Positions 56,101-64,000 of a DNA stretch of 64,000 nucleotides are shown here, in pieces. Positions within the stretch are counted from its first letter, which is position 1, and every line of letters starts with the position of its first letter. The notes beneath the pieces were generated by a model. The model worked only from the letters and a program-made list of their open reading frames with translations, had not been told where the DNA came from and ran no database searches. The DNA comes from Antedon mediterranea (taxonomy: Eukaryota; Animalia; Echinodermata), in the NCBI RefSeq assembly GCF_964355755.1, contig NC_092670.1, forward strand, positions 3,214,201 to 3,278,200, read 5' to 3'. A program made the position numbers and the translations under genes.

Positions 56101-59100
56101 GTAAAGTATAAAAAGATTCTTGATTATCAATCAAATTTAATTTTTGAATTGTCTTTGTGTTTCATAGTGTTTTACATTTAGATTAAGAAACGCCTTGTCT
56201 AAATTTATTACAGATTTACCATAGTACTAGAATTCTTAACAATAAAATTTTACTTGTTAATTTTTTTACTATATATAGTGTCTTTTCCTAACCTTTGGGC
56301 GCGTTTATACAACACGCTATTACACGCATATTCAACACGCCTACGAGAAGTGTGTTGTATAACATCGAAGAGATTCCGTGTAATGAAATTTTAATTGCAA
56401 AAAAGGCTACTTGGCTGAATCCTAACATTTTGTGGAGACCCGGTTGCTGTTGGTGTGTTGGAAGTGTCCTCAGGGTATTGTTTTGACCTCTCGTTAAATA
56501 AAAGTATGTGCTGTGAAAATGTTGACCAAATGTAGTAGATAATTGTGATTTTTTGGCATATTTTAACCTATTTAGCACTTAAAATTAACGCTAATCAAAT
56601 GTTGGCATAATTTGGCAAAATGTAGCATAGTTTTATCCTAATTCTAAAACATTTTTTTTCTAATTTCAAAAGCAAATTAAAAAAATCAATAATTGAATAA
56701 ACTAAATTTTAATCGAAATCATCCTTTATTAAAATCCTTAATATAAACTCATATTAATTCATAATGCATACAAGTATATATACAACTTAGGATTATGAAA
56801 TATGGTATAACACGGTATTACGATTTCATGTATAACTGCAAGGTTTTTGTGGGGTTGACCTCGGCCCGTGCAACACGCTAAAAATTAAACACGTGTTCAA
56901 ATTTAGGGTGTTGTATAAACACAGCCCAAGTGTGTCTTAATAGATGACCTGTACACGTATAACTATCCCTTTACTCCTTTTCTCACAGAACTGTGTACTG
57001 GGAATATGTGGGAATAACTTATTACCATTCTAGTCTGATTTTCTGTCAGAATGGGTCATGCAGGCTCCATGCCAGCATCAGGTAGAATATCCAATATATA
57101 CTAACTGAAAGTTAGTATACTGAATATTCCCAGCAGGATTGATTGCTATATGCTGGTAACAATGCTGGCATCCATACCAGCATTTTACTTCCACGTCTGT
57201 GAGAAAAGGGCTTTGTGTAATAAAATGTAACCACTTTACCCGCTGCATCACATGATAAATTGGTTGTCCTCCAAAATCAGAGATGTTCATCACAAACTTG
57301 TCGCTTGTCGCCTTGTCTTCACTTCCTTCTTTCTGAAACTCAATCTCTATTAATTCTTCAATTTTTGAAGGAATCTTTGTCTGGTCATCACTTCCTTCTT
57401 TCTCAAACTCTATCTTTGAAGGAATCTTTGTCTGGTCACCACTTACTTCTTTTTGAAACTCAATCTCTATCTTTGAAGGAATCTTTGCCTGATGTTTTTC
57501 TTGCTCTATATTTAAAAATGTTAAAATATTGTACTAAATTCATAAAAATAAATTCATTAGTTAACAAGTAAAGTATCCAATATTATGTTTCTGAATGTAA
57601 TATATCATTTGAAGGTTTGCATGGCAAAATCAAATGTAGTTATAAAGTTTGCAGTACAGCATGTTATATTTAGTTCTGTTGGGTTTCTCTACATTTCTAT
57701 CAATATATAATAAACTTTCTGTATGTACTTTTTATAGGCTTTTTATTAGGATAATTTATTATAGGATTCTAATTATTTTATCAATGGTAATTAAAATTAA
57801 TAATTAATGTAGAAAAATACATTGTCAGACAATTTAATTTTTAGAAATGAAAGTGAAAAGGATAAAGGAACGACAGAATATCAACATTTCCAATGATTTC
57901 AGGTCCTGGATTTGTTTCCCTAATGATTCTACGCGGCTTTTCGTTTCCTGATTGAAAAAAGAGAAAGAAAACCTTGTCAATTAGTAAGAGGAGAATTTAG
58001 CACATGCCTCTTAAGATGTTCCTCTTTCAATGAGTTTGTTTTGAGAATAATAACAAATATATTTTCTGGTTAAAACATGAGCAGAGGTGCCTTGAAAATA
58101 GTAGGTCTAGTTATTTCGAGACAGAGAGGCCCATAGTTTTAACAAAACAAACAAAAAATTTAAATAGGCAAAGTATATTTGTTTTGTATTATGGATCAAG
58201 CATTTGAAGACACCAACTGTTCTAAAGTAAACTTCTTCTCAATTTAACCACCTCTTCCATCTTTTTATTTTATCCGTCAACGGTTATTTTTATTTCAATA
58301 TGACATGAATACAGAAAAAGTTTACATGATAGACAACAAAGCAACTAGAATCATATTGAGGATCTACACTAGAAGAATAAATTATTCTTGTCATGTATAA
58401 GACCCTTTTTAAACTAAAATAATATAGTTAGCTAAGTAAACATATAAAGAAAAAGAGACAATAAATAAAATATCGAATAAGTGAGAACTAATTATAACAA
58501 TAAATCGAATATCAAAGCCCAGGCCACAAGTCAGTCCATGTAAAATTCAGTGCTTAGTTTTGGTAGAGCAGACAGTGAAATATTAGGTGTGAAATGTAAT
58601 AATGATATGCCTTGCACTTGAAATTTCTATAAATATTTTTGATTACCCTCATCCATTTTGCTTTCTTCTGTTTTAGTTGATTGTGCTGGATTTTCTTTTG
58701 ACTGTTCTTCTATTCTGTCTTCTTTCACATGCTTCATGGGAGCATTTTCATGCCATAAGCCTGTTTTGTAGATGCTGTTGCATTTTGTTTTCCTTTCACT
58801 TGTTTCACCACTTCTCTAGCAATTGCTTTCTCATACATTTTAGAAGCTTTAAAAAAAGTGTACAGTAGTTTGTTTTTGTATATTATTGTTTTTGTGTTTG
58901 TACACTATGAATATGTTAATTATTTATTAAAATGTTAAAAAGGAAGAAACACACATTTAATTGATTCATTTGCTGTGCCAGCTCAGGAGTCGCAAAAGCA
59001 GGAAACATGAAGGACGTGTGGCTCCCTACAACAAACCAACAAATGCAATATTGTACAAAGCTTTCAAAACAAAACATACATCACACACATTTGAATAATG

Positions 59101-62100
59101 AATATATCCATGATAAATAAATCCAGTTCTGTGTTATAAATAAATAATTTAGGTAAAAAGAAGCAAGTTATCAATTTATTTAAAATTTGTTTGAATTGAA
59201 GTAGTAATCAAGAAATTGTATGTAAAACAAATTATATAAATAACATCCATAAAACAAGACAATACAACTACATAATAAGATTAAATAAATAAATATTAAA
59301 CAAGAATCATACATTGTCTCTAAAACAACACAGGATTTAACATGGGATTTTTAAAGCAATAAAAGAGAAAAAAAATTACTATTTAATCACGGTGGATTGA
59401 TTTGAATATTAGCCACTTGTATGAACTAATATTCAAAGTTTTCAAGGGCCTTATCTATGTTATGTTTTACGATTGTCACCCAGTTTTATTTCATTAATTT
59501 ATTTTTATTTATTTATTTGATTATTTTAATGATGACGACCATGACTTTAAGTTTGTCTCCAAACTTATTTTGGCCTCCTTCTGCACTCTCGTATTTTTCT
59601 ACTCTTGTAATTTTGTTCCTTGTAAATTTTAAATGTGTGTGAAGAAAAGCAAGTTAATGTATTTTTTTAAATCTTGTAAAATCAGTTATTATATTTTATA
59701 AATAATGATTTTACTGAAGCCAGAAAAATATGGGTTTGTCACAAAAGAAATATTTGCATACTTGTGTCAGTAAATGTTGGTTGGTTTTGACAGTATACTT
59801 GGAATTATATGTGCTACAAACAATTTTTTTAACATCTATGGAACCATTATTTCATGAGCTCCACCCAGAAAATTACTATTTTTCATACATTTCAACTATT
59901 ATTTAAAAATATCATCCCTTATACTTCATATTTTTTTGAAATTTTTTTCAATGAGTACGATTTTCTTGAAAATCACGCCTTTTTGCGTTTTGGGGGGATA
60001 CCTTGTAATTTCCTATTCTTTTACATGCAAAAGGGGGGTATATTTGAATAATCCTAACAAATTCATTTCTTCACCAAAAAAAAAATGTAAAATGTATATT
60101 TATGTAATTTTTCCAGATCTTTCTATTTCTGGTATTTTTATCACGTATATATTGCGCAATTTTGCGTAAATAGACACTTTCCCCCGTTCGGGTCCAATTG
60201 GGTTTTTTTATTTTGCTAGGGAGTACGATCACGTGACATTTTTTCACAATCACACTAACTGCAGCTGGCAATCTGTTATTTTGTCGCGATGTTATTTTTG
60301 ACGGGCGAAAAGTATATTAAAACATTCTGAATGTGACCCTATTATGTTTCACAGTGTAATAATGTGATTATGAGACTATTACTAAAATGTCAAATTTAAC
60401 GAGATTTGAGAAAGATGTGGCTATATATTCAATAAAGCTAGGCCTAGGCCTACTAGAGTGTAGGTATGTACCGATGCTGCTTAGTGGCTTGGCCTCTAGC
60501 TAGGCTAGGCTGACAGCAGTGAAGTTTGTTTTGCTTTCACCCGACCTTGGCCTACCCATGGGCCATGATAGGGTGCCTAAATAGTTGCTTTTCAGTCAGG
60601 TCTAAGCTTGCACATCGCTTTACTATTCTTTACTACTCTTGTTCTGTATAGGATTTTGTGTTTCACAATTCTTAATATGCGAGAAAACCCAGGAACGATA
60701 AATGGGGCGAAACGACCATGCCTATGAATACATAGGCCTCTTAGACAAAAATTCAAGGCTAGCTAGGCTGAGCAGACGGCTTAGCTAGGCCTAGCCCTAG
60801 CTTAAAGTTAAAAGCAATCTGATAAGATTATTATGCTGTTGTTGTACAGTGAAAATCATGAGGTTACATGTAAATTATACTGACATTCTTATCGGAAATA
60901 TTACTTAGGCCTAAACAAATCGTATTAATTGTGTGTATAAAATTTATTCCCCATTTTTCGACACATAATTTACCAAAGGGAAGACATTTCCACAATGCGT
61001 TGACCAGCGACTAAAACGCGTCAGTCGCTAAGTGTAACGCGTTTCGCGACGTATTGTAAACTAATAACCCCTAAGTTACTGAAAAACTGTAATTTGTTAA
61101 AAAACACTATTTTCTGACCGATTTTTTAGAAATGAGTTTTTGGAAAATATTTCCGTATTTTCCTGGTTTTTTTTATGTAATCACTTTCAATTAAACATAC
61201 TTAAACATAATATAAGCTGAGAAAGTCTGAGTGTAGCTCCACTTTAAGATGATACTTACATGTGTCTGGTAGTTCTTCTTTCAATGTTGTTTCATCGACA
61301 TCATCTTGAGTGCACACCGTTGTTGTTGCTATAGCGTCAGTTATGTCATGCTTTGGATTAAAACTATAAAAGAAATGTTGATTAAATTAAATATCGAATG
61401 TCAAAAATGACAAGAAAAAATGCCTTCTTGGTAGAGAATACTGTATTTGTTTATACTACGTCATATTATATTTGTTAAGTCTACAAAATATGCTTTTTTT
61501 GTAGAAAAGGCAAAATTACATTAAATAGGTATTTATGAATTCTTGGTATCAATGTCCGATGACTTAATGTGTTTTACACCCTTTCGTCAATCAATTTTAC
61601 ACTTCAGAAAAATGTTTGTATAATAGGAAATGTGGTAAAATGTGATGGTAATGAAATGGTATTTTTATATTTTCAGTGTTTGTAATGTTCACAATTCAGT
61701 TCATTAGTGGAAAAAACTCTGGTTTTCAGACGGAGGCACACACATATTTAGTGACATGATCCTTTATTTTTCTGGCAGCTATTGAAGATGTTAAGTTGTT
61801 TATAATTGTGTAATGTGTATCTTACATATAATGTCAATAATAATAACCTTTAAACAATATTGTAACATGAAACTAAAAGAAAGTGCAAATACTTCTTTTG
61901 AGAAGTGTATTTTATTGTTACTTTATTTGAAAATCACTTTTAATTGTAATTGTATGTGTTTGCTATCTTTTAATTTGATTTGACAGTTTTAATAGATTTG
62001 CTTACCCTTTCCTTAGCAAAGCATTGATAGTAGAAGTTTTTCCTACTCCCTCAAGACCTACAAAAATAACTCTGCCTTGCTTAACTTCAGCTTTCCCTTC

Positions 62101-62168
62101 TTCCAGGGCTTCATTATATGCTTTAATTGCTTCTGGTCCTCGAGCCTGTATCTCCACAGGAGTTAAGT
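38120..62168 (-). CDS. Multi-exon Roco-family gene, 5'-incomplete and possibly disrupted: ROC - COR - death domain - ZU5 - UPA - linker - tandem DED - microexons
   Basis: Exons 62168-62006, 61363-61260, 58846-58647 (frame-disrupted), 57505-57240, 56064-55975, 55562-55383, 55092-54847, 54422-54234, 53874-53719, 53623-53348, 52261-52178, 51917-51698, 51479-51456, 51009-50980, 50854-50597, 49873-49790, 49589-49060, 48493-48359, 48139-47998, 47766-47737, 47356-47312, 46654-46574, 42137-41583, 41424-41380, 39008-38964, 38164-38120 (contains TAA). Phases are compatible throughout except in the 200-bp exon. Confidence 0.75.
38441..38613 (+). mobile_element. 5'-truncated SINE/LINE 3' fragment
   Basis: CTCAGTCCACTCAGCTGTAAATGAGTACC core-like start, CCTTTACCTTTTA tail, short TACCA duplication; absent at the paralogous sites ~12730 and ~247. 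Confidence 0.65.
39204..42060. repeat. Near-identical copy of ~21757-23778, with the Harbinger insertion added
   Basis: Direct comparison; the spurious ORFs 21766-21957 and 39213-39404 are identical. Confidence 0.92.
39905..40739. mobile_element. PIF/Harbinger internal-deletion derivative (835 bp), recent insertion
   Basis: TIR AGCCCCTTTCTCACAGA; 3-bp TSD ATA defined by the empty paralogous site at ~22454; minus-strand Myb/SANT-like stub MSNWRDNEIRELLKIR. Confidence 0.85.
41583..42137 (-). CDS. Tandem DED-like exon of the Roco gene; near-identical to 23298-23849 except for its first ~26 codons
   Basis: 555 bp, phase 1-1, starting DWNEDDYNKLLVEVSDWWWKENG. Over the shared part the ORF track differs by one residue (LTDKK vs LTDMK). 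Confidence 0.8.
42530..42552. mobile_element. P-type excision footprint (fused TIR tips)
   Basis: CATGGAGGTATTATACCTCCATG flanked by the 7-bp direct repeat GGCTATT. Confidence 0.8.
42719..43612. mobile_element. Non-autonomous TIR element with subterminal GGACCGATTTTGGC-type repeats
   Basis: Ends are imperfect inverted repeats (GCCTGTCA... / ...TGACATGCC); arrays of GCCAAAATCGGTCC motifs at both ends surround an AT-rich core. Confidence 0.7.
44066..44929. mobile_element. Non-autonomous TIR element, possibly P-like
   Basis: Inverted TAATAGAGAGAAATGGCGAACCG at both ends plus subterminal inverted GAGTGGGTATA; the right end finishes in ATG. Confidence 0.65.
45700..46250 (+). repeat. Unclassified interspersed repeat; a second copy (~5700-5852 plus 8983-9330) is split by the P element
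   Basis: Shared blocks such as GATG(A/T)CATCATG..TAAAA and AAAGAGCGCGCA on both sides of the P insertion. Confidence 0.6.
47998..49589 (-). CDS. ZU5-UPA exons (49589-49060, 48493-48359, 48139-47998)
   Basis: VNSEGGTL...IKLVINPGAI, VSSAVRCGPPGTVF...LSFPH, RLNHFS, then the beta-rich UPA-like segment KKRVMLGVFG...LRVRTWD. The module enters and exits in phase 1. Confidence 0.88.
50597..50854 (-). CDS. Death domain exon
   Basis: 258 bp, phase 1-1; IRKVSEEIVDWQPFGYNLGLS...EMMIYWRNK...LCIALNDHGQIDLANMI. Confidence 0.88.
51698..54422 (-). CDS. COR domain exons
   Basis: LEYLHDIGEILYYPDDEALRDIIVID, GILEVGLLKYLW, LMEKFGLMC, FYVLSRL and DFGSYLPDDLFQR are typical COR motifs. The exons join in phase 0. 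Confidence 0.88.
52451..53121. mobile_element. Non-autonomous P-like TIR element
   Basis: ~33-bp TIR CATGGATTAAAGAATAGA(A/C)GGATATGCATC; imperfect 7-bp flanks ACCAAGG/GTCAAGG. Confidence 0.75.
54847..62168 (-). CDS. ROC GTPase domain exons
   Basis: N-flank PVEIQARGPEAIKAYNEALEEG, G1 GLEGVGKTS, G2 region HDITD, G3 DFGGQPIYH, WIRSI motif, G4-like LIGTHLND, then LPIKWL entering COR. Confidence 0.9.
56290..56932. mobile_element. MITE-like element
   Basis: TTGGGCGCGTTTATACAACACGCTA is inverted as TAGGGTGTTGTATAAACACAGCCCAA. Confidence 0.6.
56973..57212. mobile_element. Older, shorter copy of the same Harbinger family
   Basis: CCTTTTCTCACAGAACTGTGT...TCTGTGAGAAAAGGGCT, diverged ends. Confidence 0.65.
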
Positions 62169-63185
62169 CTTGAAAATAAAACTTATTAAAATTAGTACAC
62201 AATCAATGTAATTTACCAAATAGGGCATTCCACAGTATTTGGTCCGTGGGTTGAACAATTGTATTTACTGATTTTGATATAACTCTATCCATTTCTCAAA
62301 GTAGAAGTTTATTAAATAACATTTTTTTTTATTTTTCTGATATATAGTTTCTAAGTTATTGAATATTATGAAAAACCATATTTCAATCAATCAATTCAAT
62401 CAATCAATCAATTTCACGGACAGGACATTTTAAAATTCTATTTATTTCATAAACTATGCATCTTATTACTGTTTTATCAACAGATATAGTTACTTTATGT
62501 CTCAATAATACATAATTCAAGTATTTAATTAAAATGTTGTTGTTTATTAATTCCATACATGTATTTCAAATTCATAAATGTCCACGACGTTTTAAGCAGT
62601 TTTTTTACATTTATTTTAATGATGCCAAAAATCTTGATATTTCATTTTCTCCTGAGGACTATCATTAGATTATTAACACATTTGTTAAAAATGTTATATT
62701 TTGATGAAAGTATCAGATTAAAAAAATATATTGTTACAGACGGGACATTTTTGTTATGGACGAGACATACAGTATCATTTAAATCCTAATTATTTCACAA
62801 ACCATGAATCTTTTAAACATTTTTTTGCCAGATAGGCCTATAGTTACTCAATGTCCCTATTGTACATGGTAAAGGATTTTATAAGACATATTGTGTTTAT
62901 TAAATTTCATATATGCATTTAAAAATTCATAATTGTCCCGTCCTTGCATAGTTTTGTGGTGTTTTTTACATTTCAGTTAAAAGTATTAATACCACAATTT
63001 ATATTTTTGTTTTCTCCTTTTAAGAACTATATGTAATACATTATAAATCCAAAGGCAAATTACTGAGAAAAATGACAATGCTGTGGGTATCAGTGGCTGG
63101 ATCTCAATGGAGATAAAAAAAAAAAAAAAAAAAAAAAAAGCGAAAAGCTAAATCAAAACGATAAAGTAAACAGCCAGAAAAGTTA

Positions 63186-63222
63186 GCAGAGCTTTCGGGC
63201 AACACTAGCCCTTCATCAGTGC
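63186..63222 (-). ncRNA. Minimal type I hammerhead ribozyme motif, probably a Penelope-like element remnant
   Basis: The minus strand reads GCA-CUGAUGA-A-GGGC-uaguguu-GCCC-GAAA-GC-UC-UGC: both core boxes, stem II, a 3-bp stem I and palindromic AGCU in place of stem III. Confidence 0.7.
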
Positions 63223-63895
63223 ATTTGTAATACATTATAAACAAATATTTTGAAACTATCATATTTAAAAAAAATATATTGATGACATTTTTCGTAGGAA
63301 CTTAACGGGACAGACATTTTTGTTACGGATGGGACATATTATTTAAAAATATTTTATTTTATGCATCTTGTTAACATTTTTTCCCATACATATACTATAC
63401 TATTACTTTTTATTTTACAGTAAGCTCCAATTGTTCATAATCAAGTATTTTATTAAAATTGTTTATTAATTTCATACTTGCATTTAAAAATGCATAATTG
63501 TTAATTCTGAGACATTTTGATTAGGTTTTTCCTCACTTTTCCTCAATTATTGAAGTAATGGCTAGAATCTAAGACCACAGCGTTGATAGTCATTTTGTGT
63601 TACTTTTTGGTAACTTTATAGAACAAAACTGTAATACAAGTTGCAAAATGGCATTGGAATCATTCACTAGAGCGTTAAAATTATAGATTAGGTTAAAAAA
63701 TATCAAATTGCGTGTGATGCATGCAGGTATGCATGGCAGGCCTTTTAAATTATTAGAATCGACTTATTTATTTATACCATTTAAAGACGAAAACATTATA
63801 GGCCCTAGTATTTATTTTTACATATAATGCAGTTTGTGACCTTATTAGATCGTTAAAATGCATACGAATGCTATTAAATAAGTACAATACTCAAA

Positions 63896-64000
63896 AGCCC
63901 CTTTCTCACAGAGCTGTGTGCCAGGAATATACCATTACCATGCCGGTATGGTTTTCTGTGAGAACGGGTCGTCTTGGCATCATGCCGGCATCGACATGAC
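63896..64000. mobile_element. Partial copy of the same Harbinger family in opposite orientation, cut by the window edge
   Basis: Starts AGCCCCTTTCTCACAGAG and matches the reverse complement of ~40613-40739. Confidence 0.8.

Noticed and set aside
57885-57947. Additional ROC-insert exon
   Set aside because: Good acceptor but weak donor (gttgat) and an exit phase incompatible with the next exon; left out of the model.

Overview
AT-rich, intron-rich animal genomic DNA; the Deu-type SINE and the domain repertoire suggest a marine invertebrate deuterostome, but this is inference. Splicing the minus strand by hand reveals an innate-immune/death-fold locus that the ORF track shows only in fragments. 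(A) A Roco-type gene, 5'-incomplete, ~62168 to ~38120: ROC GTPase - COR - death domain - ZU5 (with an HF/S autoproteolysis motif) - UPA - linker - tandem DED - microexons. It has one frame-disrupted exon. (B) An NLR gene from a probable ATG at 24450 to beyond position 1: tandem DED - NACHT - LRR, then an array of paralogous phase-1 microexons (consensus KRSRSEAGPSSNAE) and a second tandem DED. Every module downstream of COR enters and exits in intron phase 1, and the same DED+microexon unit recurs around both cores. The introns contain a decayed two-gene P-superfamily transposon plus two P-type excision footprints, Harbinger, hAT, Kolobok-like and foldback elements, tRNA- and 5S-derived SINEs, a minimal hammerhead ribozyme, a 4.3-kb 37-bp satellite and several recent local duplications. 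All exon boundaries and domain calls were read by eye, without database searches.
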